A DNA stretch of 64,000 nt from contig OZ245056.1 in NCBI GenBank assembly GCA_965224705.1, positions 736,001 through 800,000 on the forward strand, written 5' to 3'. How positions within the stretch are numbered: the stretch's first letter is position 1; each line of letters starts with the position of its first letter. The notes under the pieces are model-generated. The model saw only the letters and a list, made by a program, of their open reading frames with translations. It was not told the origin of the DNA and made no database searches. The DNA is from Spirochaetaceae bacterium. GTDB lineage: Bacteria > Spirochaetota > Spirochaetia > DSM-2461. Positions 37,582 to 47,030 of the stretch are shown one piece after another. The translations under genes were made by a program, and so were the position numbers.

Positions 37582-39012
37582 ATGAAAAGAGACGAAATCC
37601 TAAATACAGTTGTTTCATACACTGGCGCTGCGATCAGCTTCTTTATAGTCTTTCTCCGGGCACGAGTGTTCTCACCGGCCGAGGTGGGTGTTTTCAGCTA
37701 TGTCTTAAGCGTGGGCATCATCGTCAGCAATTTCCTCAATCTGGGTATACCGCGGATCGTACTTCGCTACTATCCTTCGGAGCAGAAAAAACCGCTGCTC
37801 AGGTTCATACTGATCTTTCAAATCCTCGTCTATTTCTTCGCCATTACAGTTTTTTTTACAACCGGAATGTCCAGATACATCCAGAATCCCATTCTGGTCT
37901 CCGTTATTGCCGTCCTTATCTCAATCGCCAGCATACTTGATGCCGCCGCAATGGCCACCGGTCAATCAGTTCATACGAATATCTATCAGAAGATCATTTC
38001 CAATTCTCTCGACATCGCTGTTCTCTACGTTCTTTCAGTTATGAGTGTCGGCGTAGAGTTATACATCCTCCTGTTTGCTTTTACCAAAATCATCCTCATA
38101 GTATTGATGACCATCCGACTTCGTCCGGAGATATTCAAACGAAGAATACAAAAAATTACGGCCGCAGACTTGCAGGAGTATTTGAGATTCGGGTTCTTCG
38201 TTATGCTGAATGCCACCTCAGCCGTTCTGATCGTGACTCTTGACAAAGTAATGATACGCTATTTTGTTGGTTTCACCGGAGTTGGTCTGTATACGATTTC
38301 AGCGGCAGTGGCCTCGGCAATCGCGTTGATTAACTCCATTCTCGCGCGAACATCGACATCCATCGTTTCATCATACCTGCATGAATCCCGGTACTATGAA
38401 CTCAAGGTGTTGTACCAGGAGAATGTAGGAAAACAGTTATACCTTGGAAGTTTCCTGTTTGTATTCATCGTTATTTTCTCGAAGGAGATTCTCGGCTTCA
38501 TGGGGGAGGAGTACCTGGCTGGAAGACAGGTTCTCCTGATACTTCTTGTCGGGCAGTTCGCCTTACTCTTCAGCGGACTTGGATCCACTATACTATCCTT
38601 ATCAAAGCATTATCGTATAGAAGCAGCGATGAACGGTGGACTGCTCGTCCTGAGCATTCTAACAAATTTGATTTTTATTCCATGGATGAAAATTGAAGGG
38701 GCAGCACTGGCGACAGGCATCAGCCTAACCACTGTCAATGCAGTGAAAATTCTTATCGTTAGGAAGCATTTTCAGATACATCCGTACCGTGTCAAACAAC
38801 TCAGATACCCATCCATTGCTGCTTTGCTGGGGTGCGGTCTATATTTTGTCAATCACCTTGTTCATTCAGACCATATTATTGTTCTGGTATTGACCTTCCC
38901 CATCGCCCTGCTGCTGTACGATGTATTGCTCATTGTTACAGGGGACTTTAATACAATGACCAGTCAGTTTTATAGATACCTCAACCGATTGTTCAGCCGA
39001 AGCAGCCGCTAG
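37582..39012 (+). CDS. wzx: Wzx-type oligosaccharide flippase
   Basis: About 12-14 TM segments, NLGIP..VLRYYP, LDKVMI, VGLYT, IEGAALAT; glycan locus context. Confidence 0.85.
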   Translation: MKRDEILNTVVSYTGAAISFFIVFLRARVFSPAEVGVFSYVLSVGIIVSNFLNLGIPRIVLRYYPSEQKKPLLRFILIFQILVYFFAITVFFTTGMSRYIQNPILVSVIAVLISIASILDAAAMATGQSVHTNIYQKIISNSLDIAVLYVLSVMSVGVELYILLFAFTKIILIVLMTIRLRPEIFKRRIQKITAADLQEYLRFGFFVMLNATSAVLIVTLDKVMIRYFVGFTGVGLYTISAAVASAIALINSILARTSTSIVSSYLHESRYYELKVLYQENVGKQLYLGSFLFVFIVIFSKEILGFMGEEYLAGRQVLLILLVGQFALLFSGLGSTILSLSKHYRIEAAMNGGLLVLSILTNLIFIPWMKIEGAALATGISLTTVNAVKILIVRKHFQIHPYRVKQLRYPSIAALLGCGLYFVNHLVHSDHIIVLVLTFPIALLLYDVLLIVTGDFNTMTSQFYRYLNRLFSRSSR

Positions 39013-39024
39013 GCTTCTCGAAAA

Positions 39025-39065
39025 CTGTCTGAATTTATTCTGTGGACTTGAGGATTTACCTCTGG
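39025..39065. repeat. 41-bp direct repeat, copy 1
   Basis: 36/41 identical to 40552-40592. Confidence 0.8.
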
Positions 39066-39080
39066 GCTGTCAGTATTGGA

Positions 39081-39354
39081 TGGCTCCTCCACAATCCCAG
39101 AAATTGAACAGTTTGCACGCCTCTTTGGAACAACTTCAACAAGCAGTGTACCAGAGGCTCCATCCACAAACCGTACTTTTTCGTACACGAACCCCGTGAA
39201 GTGATAGGCCTTGTTCAGTAATGCTTTGATTGGCACAGAATTCCCTCTGTTAGCTTTGTTTTGAGAGATATAGTTTAACAGATTTCGGTGCTTTTTGTTT
39301 TCTCTTATTTTGTCTCGAAGCTTTAGATCACCCACACATTCTTACAGGGATCCT
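39081..39354 (-). mobile_element. ISL3-family transposase remnant (internally deleted)
   Basis: GTG at 39236 gives VPIKALLNKAYHFTGFVYEKVRF...LVEVVPKR, like ISL3 transposase N-termini. GG-starting ends ggatccctgtaagaatgtgtgggt and ggctcctccacaat. Confidence 0.5.
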
Positions 39355-39388
39355 GATTTTTTCTCTTGACTATTGATTCACCTACATG

Positions 39389-39416
39389 TATTGTATATAC
39401 ATCTATTGTATGTACA
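39389..39416. promoter_or_regulatory. Putative MarR operator (tandem palindromes)
   Basis: TATTGTATATACA and TATTGTATGTACA between TTGACT (39366) and the marR ATG. Confidence 0.55.
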
Positions 39417-39419
39417 GGG

Positions 39420-39881
39420 ATGGCCGTGAGTATACAAACGGACTTGGGAACCGAAGATTTCAAAACGACTCAAATCAAAGCTGTTGTGAACATCATGTTC
39501 ACTGGTTACTGGCTAACCAGCAAGATCAATCGAACACTCGACTCCTGTGGACTCACGGAACCTCAGTACAATGTTCTCGCTATTGTCTATGCCGCGAGAG
39601 GCGGCCCTGTCAGCCTTACCTTCATCAAGGAAAGAATGATTCAGAGGGAGAGCAATGTCTCTCGCATCGTCGACAGGCTTGTAGACCGTGAGTGGATAAC
39701 CAGAAACAACTGCCCCAAAAATCGCCGAAAGGTAGACATCGCCATGACTGTCAGCGGCCGCCGGACCTTCCAACACGCCAGGTTAGTGGTGACATCCTTT
39801 CACCGCGATCTGGAGAACCGCCTATCGGACATGGAGTTGGAGCAGCTTTCGGACTACCTCGACAAGCTGCGGATGGAGTAG
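39420..39881 (+). CDS. MarR-family transcriptional regulator
   Basis: LTEPQYNVL, SNVSRIVDRLV, NRRKVDIAMT.SGR. Confidence 0.9.
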   Translation: MAVSIQTDLGTEDFKTTQIKAVVNIMFTGYWLTSKINRTLDSCGLTEPQYNVLAIVYAARGGPVSLTFIKERMIQRESNVSRIVDRLVDREWITRNNCPKNRRKVDIAMTVSGRRTFQHARLVVTSFHRDLENRLSDMELEQLSDYLDKLRME

Positions 39882-39970
39882 CGAAGCGTCCACTGTTATG
39901 AAAAATCTGTCTTTGGCTTTCAGGCCGCAGGCAAGTCAATATTGATTATATGATGACAAAGGAGTACATC

Positions 39971-40537
39971 ATGGCGAAGAAAGTATTAGTGATTCTGGGA
40001 ACAGTGAGAGAAGGCCGCGCCGGTAAGGCGGTGGCAGACTGGTTTATGACCTATACCAAAAAGTTCAAGGCTCACGCTGATTTCGAGCTTGTGGATCTGG
40101 CGGAGGTGAATCTGCCCTTCATGAACGAACCGGTTCCCCCGAGGATGGGCATGGAGCCGAAGCACGAGCACTCAAAGGCATGGGCCCGCCGCGTCTCATC
40201 GGCTGATGCATTCGTCTTCATTACACCCGAATACAATCACGGCCTCTCTCCCGTGCTTAAAAATGCCCTGGATTATTTGTTTCAGGAATGGAAGGGTAAA
40301 CCGGCCGCTTTGGTGGGCTATGGTGCGGAGGGGGCGTCACTATCAATGGCGCAGCTCCTCCCGGTGATGGAATATCTCGGTTTGAGGGTTCTGGAAACTC
40401 CGTTAGGTATAACAAAAATCTGGGAGGCCCTGGGTGAAGATGGAATGGTTAAGGATGAATCGGTGATCGGAGATCCTCACAAACTCATCGAAACACTGGT
40501 AACAGCAATAGCCGCCGACTCGACAAGTACCGGTTAA
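39971..40537 (+). CDS. NADPH-dependent FMN reductase
   Basis: GTVREGR, TPEYNHG, LKNALDYL..EW.GKP; AAGGAG RBS. Confidence 0.92.
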   Translation: MAKKVLVILGTVREGRAGKAVADWFMTYTKKFKAHADFELVDLAEVNLPFMNEPVPPRMGMEPKHEHSKAWARRVSSADAFVFITPEYNHGLSPVLKNALDYLFQEWKGKPAALVGYGAEGASLSMAQLLPVMEYLGLRVLETPLGITKIWEALGEDGMVKDESVIGDPHKLIETLVTAIAADSTSTG

Positions 40538-40551
40538 CTCAGATAAGGAGC

Positions 40552-40592
40552 CTGTCTGACTTTATTCTGTGGACCTGAGCTTTTACCCCTGG
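40552..40592. repeat. 41-bp direct repeat, copy 2
   Basis: Matches 39025-39065; preceded by gagc, giving a gagcctgtc TIR-like end. Confidence 0.8.
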
Positions 40593-40637
40593 ACAGACCA
40601 CAGAATTCTCTATATCCTATGGATCAGGAAAATCAGT

Positions 40638-40958
40638 ATGAATGCAAGGAAGGAAAATTGGAACTACTTCATTAAGAAGTATCCAAAAGCCCATAGAGCT
40701 TATGAAGAATTTGGTAAGGCTCTCAGCGAAGAATCCGGGCCATTGGATGCCCGATCCTGTGCCCTGATAAAAGTTGGTATTGCAGCGGCCTGTCAATACG
40801 ATTATGCCCTGCGGCGTCACATTGAGAAGGCCATAGAATCCGGCTGTACGGCCGGTGAAGTTGAGCAGGCCATCCTTCTTACCGCTACTACGGCCGGGTT
40901 TCCAAAGATGATGGCTGCCCTGATTATTATGAGGGAAGAACTGGAGATGTATCCTTAA
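40638..40958 (+). CDS. Carboxymuconolactone decarboxylase (CMD/AhpD-like) family protein
   Basis: GPLDAR..ALIKVGIA, RHIEKA..G.T..E, TTAGFP. Confidence 0.85.
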   Translation: MNARKENWNYFIKKYPKAHRAYEEFGKALSEESGPLDARSCALIKVGIAAACQYDYALRRHIEKAIESGCTAGEVEQAILLTATTAGFPKMMAALIIMREELEMYP

Positions 40959-41179
40959 TTATCTCCGAACTGTCTGCATGACCGTACAGGAAGCAAAGAT
41001 GTTCCGGGCATTGTATCAATGGTTTTTATCACGGAATCAGATTGACGAATGAGGTAATGCTTTAACCATCCATTTTATCGAGAATGCATTCCATGATTTA
41101 ATCTGGACGAATGCAATTCAGACACTTGTAACCGTCTTCGCATTCCTTTTATTATCAATCAACACGTTGGAGGCTCTAG

Positions 41180-42283
41180 ATGCAGTTTATTTGTGATAAG
41201 GAAATCATCCTGAAAGAGATCTATGTTGCACAGGATATAATTGTAACACGCAATGCTTCGTCGATACTGGCGAATGTCTTACTTGAAGCTGATGGGGATG
41301 CTCTTACAATAAAGGCAACAGATTTAAAAGTAAGCTTTGAAACACGAATCCCGGTATTGATTGATTCTCCAGGTTCTACGACCGTATTCTGCGGGAAATT
41401 CCTAAACATACTCAAAGCTTTACCGAGTGGTGATGTGCAATTCATTCAAAATGAAGATGAAAATCTTACAATTAACAGCGGCTCGGATATAAGCTTTCAG
41501 CTTCACAGTATTTCAGCCGACAAGTTTCCTGAAATACTTGATGCAGGTGATGGTGCCTTTTTTCCTGTCCCACAAAAGGTTTTCATCAATATGATTGAGA
41601 ATACAGTATTTGCCGTCAGCGATGATGAAACCAGGTTTTACATGAATGGTATATACATGGAGAAAAAAGAAGACCGGCTGGTGATGGTTGCTACGGATGG
41701 AAGGCGCCTAAGCTATATCTCCAATGAACTCGGGAATGATTTTCCGGATTTTGATGGGATCATCATTCCTCCTAAAATACTCAATCTTGTCCGTAAACTG
41801 GCCTCTGGTGAGGGTGATTTGATAATTGCCATAGCCGATAAAACCCTTTTTATTCGTTTTGATAATCAACGGGTTACAAGCAATCTCATTGAAGGTCAGT
41901 TCCCAAACTATGAACGTGTTATTCCCGAAAACAATGACTCCCTCATACAGGTAAGCAGAATGGAACTTCTTGATGCACTCAAGCGTGTATCGCTGCTTGC
42001 GGAAAAGAATTCAAAGAAAATCCATCTAACAGTGAGCAATAACACGATGAGTCTTCATTCTGTTGAAAGTGATATTGGTAAGGCTGAAGAAAAAACGCCA
42101 TGCAGGTATGAAGGGCCTGAAACTACATTCAGTTTGAATCATGTCTATCTTTCAGATCCGCTAAAAGCTATTGAAGAAGAAGAAGTGGTCTTAAAGTTTT
42201 CTGATCCCAGGAAAGCAGTTATACTGGTTTCGGAGCCGGAGAAGTCATTTTTTCATGTCATCATGCCGATTCAGAAGGATTAG
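41180..42283 (+). CDS. dnaN: DNA polymerase III beta clamp
   Basis: ATDL, SDDETRFYMNG, VATDGRRL, GQFPNYERVIP, VIMPI. Confidence 0.97.
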   Translation: MQFICDKEIILKEIYVAQDIIVTRNASSILANVLLEADGDALTIKATDLKVSFETRIPVLIDSPGSTTVFCGKFLNILKALPSGDVQFIQNEDENLTINSGSDISFQLHSISADKFPEILDAGDGAFFPVPQKVFINMIENTVFAVSDDETRFYMNGIYMEKKEDRLVMVATDGRRLSYISNELGNDFPDFDGIIIPPKILNLVRKLASGEGDLIIAIADKTLFIRFDNQRVTSNLIEGQFPNYERVIPENNDSLIQVSRMELLDALKRVSLLAEKNSKKIHLTVSNNTMSLHSVESDIGKAEEKTPCRYEGPETTFSLNHVYLSDPLKAIEEEEVVLKFSDPRKAVILVSEPEKSFFHVIMPIQKD

Positions 42284-42285
42284 AA

Positions 42286-43365
42286 TTGGGTTTCCAGTCC
42301 GTACGGTTTTACGGGTTTCGCAATCTTGATGACTGTACAATACAGCTGAATGCTCATGACATTCACTTCGTTGGTAATAATGGTCAGGGGAAAACAAATA
42401 TACTCGAATCCTTGTATCTATTGAGTTATGGTTCTTCGTTTCGCACCCGTCACGACAGGGACTTGATTACATGGGGCCGCAGAGAAATGGCCTTATCGGC
42501 CTCTACAGATAGGCCGGAAGAACCGGATGGCAGCCTTGGAATTTCAATAAAAAATGGAATCAAGTCCATCCAGCTGCATGGCAAAACAGTCAGAGATAGA
42601 AAAATACTGCTGCAAAGAGCTCCCACCATTGTTTTCGTCTATGAAGATTTTCTTCTGTCCGGAGGATCTCCTGAAAAACGCCGATGGTTCATGGATCAAA
42701 CTCTGAGTCTTCATGATTCCTGCTATGTTGATCAAATGCGGCGATATAAGAAAACGCTGAAGGAAAGAAATTACCTGCTTAAGAATCGGAACAGGGGATT
42801 GTTGAACCACTATACTGAGCAGCTTGTGTCTGCCGGGCTTGCTGTTGTAGAACAGCGTGATTCACTGACAAAGGAATTCAGCGATGTGTTTTCAATACTG
42901 TACAGAAAAGTTTCCAATCTGGATGTTCCAGTAACACTAACCTACGTACCTTCATGGGGTAGAAATCCAACCAGTGAGACTGTTTCCACAGTTCTCAAGG
43001 AAAAACTTGAGTTAGATCTTGCACAGGGAACAACAAGCGTTGGCCCTCAGCGAGATAGATTTGTATTCATGGCAGAAGGTCGGGATTTCAGCACAGGTGC
43101 ATCAACAGGTCAGCGACGCCTTCTCTCACTTGTACTGAGAGTCGCTCAAGCTCGCCTGTTTTTTGAAAAGACAGGGCAAAAACCCATACTCCTGCTTGAT
43201 GATGTACTGCTGGAACTTGACCCGAACAGTCGCCGCCGGTTTCGTGATAATCTACCTGAGGCAGAACAGATCTTCTATACATTTCTACCAGGAAATGAAA
43301 TGAACCGAAGTGGTGATGATTCATTAACATACGAAGTTAAAAACGGAGGTTTACATGAGCAATGA
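42286..43365 (+). CDS. recF: DNA replication/repair protein RecF
   Basis: FRN, GNNGQGKTN, GPQRD, STGQ, LLLDD. Confidence 0.95.
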   Translation: MGFQSVRFYGFRNLDDCTIQLNAHDIHFVGNNGQGKTNILESLYLLSYGSSFRTRHDRDLITWGRREMALSASTDRPEEPDGSLGISIKNGIKSIQLHGKTVRDRKILLQRAPTIVFVYEDFLLSGGSPEKRRWFMDQTLSLHDSCYVDQMRRYKKTLKERNYLLKNRNRGLLNHYTEQLVSAGLAVVEQRDSLTKEFSDVFSILYRKVSNLDVPVTLTYVPSWGRNPTSETVSTVLKEKLELDLAQGTTSVGPQRDRFVFMAEGRDFSTGASTGQRRLLSLVLRVAQARLFFEKTGQKPILLLDDVLLELDPNSRRRFRDNLPEAEQIFYTFLPGNEMNRSGDDSLTYEVKNGGLHEQ

Positions 43366-43660
43366 TGATCCCTTTACTCAGGCCGGTGATGCTCTTTCAA
43401 AGCTGTTCGACAGGCTGATACCGACAGAAGCACAGGAATACAACAGACTGAATACTGGCTGGAAACAAATAGTTGGAGAGGAAGCTTCATTTCATGTCAT
43501 ACCAAAAGACATTGTGAATGGAATCCTGATCCTTGAATCAGATCATCCAGGATGGACTCAACGAATAAGAATGATGGAAAGTCAAATATACAAAACAATT
43601 CGATCACGATATCCTGAACTGAAGATATCAAGGATCGTAATCCAAATGTCAGATCTGTGA
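43355..43660 (+). CDS. dciA: DciA/DUF721-family protein
   Basis: W.QIVG and DHPGW motifs; follows recF. Confidence 0.8.
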   Translation: MSNDDPFTQAGDALSKLFDRLIPTEAQEYNRLNTGWKQIVGEEASFHVIPKDIVNGILILESDHPGWTQRIRMMESQIYKTIRSRYPELKISRIVIQMSDL

Positions 43661-43670
43661 ATCCGGCATC

Positions 43671-43699
43671 TTGACGTAATTTGTACTTGTGTATATATT
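43671..43699 (+). promoter_or_regulatory. Sigma70-type promoter of the rpmH operon
   Basis: TTGACG-17 bp-TATATT. Confidence 0.6.
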
Positions 43700-43757
43700 A
43701 TCTTTGTTTTTCAGGTGCCCTTCAGCAACCTTGATCTTCTCCGGAGAGAAATGAATT

Positions 43758-43913
43758 ATGAAACGTACTTATCAACCAAGTAAGACCAGAAGAAATCGTA
43801 GATTCGGCTTCAGAGCCCGGATGAAAACAAGATCCGGCCGATTAATACTATCTCGTCGGCGCAGTAAGGGTCGGAAAAAGCTTTCGGTAACGGATGAAAA
43901 AAAGCCTTACTAA
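43758..43913 (+). CDS. rpmH: 50S ribosomal protein L34 (not in the ORF track)
   Basis: Translates to [51 protein letters not shown]. Confidence 0.97.
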   Translation: MKRTYQPSKTRRNRRFGFRARMKTRSGRLILSRRRSKGRKKLSVTDEKKPY

Positions 43914-44247
43914 AGTAGAAAGGCTGAGAACAAAGAAAGAGTTTGCCCGGGTGTTTGATAAACCGGATGCCGAATCCGGATGCCGAGGGGCGAGAATAAT
44001 TGTTAAACGAAACGAGTTAGGCCATAACCGTTTCGTGGTTATTCCAGTAAGGAAATATGGGAATTCGATAGAACGTAATTATTCTCGCCGTATTCTTAGA
44101 GAGATTTACCGGAAGAATAAGCAACTCTTTCCCGCAGGCAATGATATTATCATTGTTTTATATCCTGGGAGATACAGATACCATGAACGCTATCAACAGT
44201 TCCTGGAGTTGGCTCAGGGCATCAGTTTTGCTAAGAAAAGCCGCTGA
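43894..44247 (+). CDS. rnpA: Ribonuclease P protein component
   Basis: [23 protein letters not shown]; follows rpmH. Confidence 0.92.
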   Translation: MKKSLTKVERLRTKKEFARVFDKPDAESGCRGARIIVKRNELGHNRFVVIPVRKYGNSIERNYSRRILREIYRKNKQLFPAGNDIIIVLYPGRYRYHERYQQFLELAQGISFAKKSR

Positions 44248-44461
44248 TTGGCTGGCATGGCCACTGATAGTTCCTGTGAAAGTTTATCAGATTGTTATAT
44301 CACCACTTTTCCCCCGAAGTTGTCGATTTACACCAACCTGTTCATCCTACGCAGTTGAAGCTTTGAAAAAACATGGAATACTCAAGGGTCTGGGACTGAT
44401 GATCAGCCGTATCGTACGATGCCGTCCCGGAAACCCTGGGGGATATGATCCTGTACCATAA
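44183..44461 (+). CDS. yidD: Membrane protein insertion efficiency factor
   Basis: [27 protein letters not shown]. Confidence 0.93.
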   Translation: MNAINSSWSWLRASVLLRKAADWLAWPLIVPVKVYQIVISPLFPRSCRFTPTCSSYAVEALKKHGILKGLGLMISRIVRCRPGNPGGYDPVP

Positions 44462-44477
44462 TCAACCTGGAGGATAA

Positions 44478-46226
44478 ATGGATAAGAATACAGTCCTTGC
44501 AATTATTTTGACAACAATGATCATTACAGCAGGGATGTTTATAACAAACAGCATCAATGAGAAAAATGCACCGCCTGTCGATGAGATTCTGCCTGAATCA
44601 GTTGAACAGGTTGTTGAAGAGACAGAACCTATCCGTGAAGTGGAATCACTCTCCCGGTCTGTGCCCGATCAGGATTTCGAAAAAAAATCGATTACCGAAG
44701 AAACAAATTTATTCAGCATTACCTTCAGTACGGTCGGGGGTATTGCAACAGATATAGATCTCATTACGGAATATGATGATAACAAACCAATTTCCATGAT
44801 TCTTGATGGGAATACAGATGTTGGAACTTTCAATCTGGCCTTCGGCGGCCCGGATGCACCGTATATAACCGAGGTATTCGACCATAAACGCATACAGCGC
44901 GGCAAACAGATCATTCATGAGTTTACAAGACAATTTCAAAATGATGGCCGTACATTCACACTTGTTAAGAGTTATCGAATGATCCCAGATGAATACCTGA
45001 TTGAACTCATCATCACGTTAAAAACCCCCGATGGCCGGGCCGTTCCCCTGCTTGATACAGATCAGGCCGCTTATACACTTACTTATGGTCCGCAAATCGG
45101 CCCGGAGTTCGAAAAACTGGATGGACGTTACGAGGTGAGAGATTTTGTAAGCTGGGGACCTGATCCCCGCAGCGGTAAAATCAAGCGTAAAACCCATAAG
45201 AACAGGAATAAACTTGTTGAAATAAGCGATACTGTTACCTGGGCAGGAGTTATTGGAAAATACTTCGCCGTGATAATCAATCCTGGATCAGGAGGATCAA
45301 CCATTACATGGGATGGCAGACCTGTAGACGGGCACGATCAGCCATCGCGTATTCAGATTTCCAAACCGGCCAGGAGACAGAGCATCATTGAAGATACATT
45401 CCGGATCTATCTGGGTCCGTTGAGGAAGGAATCATTATCAAGGTATCAGAAAGCAGAAGATAACGCCTTCGGTTTATCAGGAATGGATTTTCAATTTGCT
45501 CCCCGGACAAGTTCATGGTTGGGATGGCTTGAGAGTATTCTTCGATTCCTGTTGGAAATCTTCTATAAATTAGTACCAAACTATGGTGTTGCCATCATAC
45601 TGCTGACGATATTGGTGAAGGCCATCCTCTATCCATTTACTCATAAGAGCTATGAATCTACAAGCAGAATGCAGGGGATACAGCCCAAACTGAAGGAGAT
45701 TCAGGAGCGCTATAAAGATGATGCACAGAAGCGCAATGAAAAAACAGCTGAGCTTTACAAAACAGAAGGGGTTAATCCCATGGGAGGCTGCCTTCCAATG
45801 TTGTTTCAATTTCCAATCTTCATTGCTCTATATGGCTTGTTAAACAGGTATTTCCCTCTGAGAGGAGCTGTCTTTATAGAAGGCTGGATTACTGATTTAT
45901 CCGCACCGGAATTTATATGGAAAGAATTTGGAAAACCTCTGAACCTTTTTGTTGTGAGTATTCCTGCGATCCGTATTCTGCCCATACTGTATCTTGGTGG
46001 ACAGCTCCTGATGACCCGGGTGACACAGCAGGGGCCAACAGGCGGACAATCTGCCATGCAGCAGAAAATGCTCACATTGGGAATGCCGATTATGTTTTTC
46101 TTCATTCTGTACAACATGCCGTCAGGCTTGCTTTTATACTGGACGGCAATGAATTTTATAACGATTGGCCAGCAACTGGTCACCAACTATTTCAAAAAGC
46201 TCAAAACAGCAGGAGCAATTAAATGA
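44478..46226 (+). CDS. yidC: Membrane protein insertase YidC
   Basis: NYGVAII, NPMGGCLP, WITDLSAPE, PSGLLLYW. Confidence 0.96.
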   Translation: MDKNTVLAIILTTMIITAGMFITNSINEKNAPPVDEILPESVEQVVEETEPIREVESLSRSVPDQDFEKKSITEETNLFSITFSTVGGIATDIDLITEYDDNKPISMILDGNTDVGTFNLAFGGPDAPYITEVFDHKRIQRGKQIIHEFTRQFQNDGRTFTLVKSYRMIPDEYLIELIITLKTPDGRAVPLLDTDQAAYTLTYGPQIGPEFEKLDGRYEVRDFVSWGPDPRSGKIKRKTHKNRNKLVEISDTVTWAGVIGKYFAVIINPGSGGSTITWDGRPVDGHDQPSRIQISKPARRQSIIEDTFRIYLGPLRKESLSRYQKAEDNAFGLSGMDFQFAPRTSSWLGWLESILRFLLEIFYKLVPNYGVAIILLTILVKAILYPFTHKSYESTSRMQGIQPKLKEIQERYKDDAQKRNEKTAELYKTEGVNPMGGCLPMLFQFPIFIALYGLLNRYFPLRGAVFIEGWITDLSAPEFIWKEFGKPLNLFVVSIPAIRILPILYLGGQLLMTRVTQQGPTGGQSAMQQKMLTLGMPIMFFFILYNMPSGLLLYWTAMNFITIGQQLVTNYFKKLKTAGAIK

Positions 46227-46960
46227 AGACCATGGAATTTGAAGGACGAACCGAACAGGAAGCTGTCAAACGAGCGGCAGCAGAGCTTGGAAGTGAGAGT
46301 TTTGATGTTGAAGTCATAGAAAAAAGTGGAGGCTTCTTCGGCCGAAGCAAAGTAAGGATACGTGTCAAACTGTTAACTTCAATACCGAATCCCATTTCCG
46401 GAAGTAAAACACTTCCAGAAAGTGATTCATCGACAGATGCCCGCATGGATGAAACTCTTGATCCTCCTCCAGATCAGTTCCTTGAGAAGTCAAGTGAATT
46501 TGCTGAGGGAATCCTTAAGCGAATGGGTTATGAAAGCAAGGTCAGGTTCAAGAAAATGGACGGTGCGAAGGTAATTCTGGAGGTAACATCAAATTTCTCG
46601 AACATTATAATCGGGAAAAAAGGAAAGAATCTGGATGCACTTCAAGTTCTGGTCAATGTGTTTTTTTTCCGTCTGGTTAAAGACGTAAACCCATGGCGTA
46701 TAGTGATCGATACGGAGGGGTACAGAGCCCGGCAGGAAGAGGCTCTGATCAGAACGGCCCATCGTGCGGCTGATGAAGTTATTAGAACCGGTTCGAATCG
46801 TTTACTGGAACCAATGAACCCATTTGAACGGAAACTGATCCACACAACTATCGAAAACCGGGAAGATGTTGTAACCAGGAGTGAAGGAGACGGACTGTAT
46901 AAACGGGTTAAAATAATCGCAGGAAAAGCACGGAACAAGAAAAACCGAAACCGCCGTTAG
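46223..46960 (+). CDS. jag: Jag/EloR RNA-binding protein
   Basis: Jag-N domain, KH motif IIGKKGKNLDALQ, R3H motif PFERKLIH. Confidence 0.93.
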   Translation: MKTMEFEGRTEQEAVKRAAAELGSESFDVEVIEKSGGFFGRSKVRIRVKLLTSIPNPISGSKTLPESDSSTDARMDETLDPPPDQFLEKSSEFAEGILKRMGYESKVRFKKMDGAKVILEVTSNFSNIIIGKKGKNLDALQVLVNVFFFRLVKDVNPWRIVIDTEGYRARQEEALIRTAHRAADEVIRTGSNRLLEPMNPFERKLIHTTIENREDVVTRSEGDGLYKRVKIIAGKARNKKNRNRR

Positions 46961-47030
46961 AATTTCCTGAAAAACAGCCTGGGAAATCAAGGCGAACTCA
47001 AGAACTCTGATGGATTTCTCAGAGGTGCCC
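46961..47030. repeat. Degenerate gggcacctct-TIR element overlapping the thrC stop
   Basis: cctgaaaaacagc...aaatcaaggcga...tttctcagaggtgccc. Confidence 0.5.

Noticed and set aside
39009..39335. 108-aa ORF as an intact gene
   Set aside because: Chimera of a transposase N-terminal stub and flanking repeat sequence.
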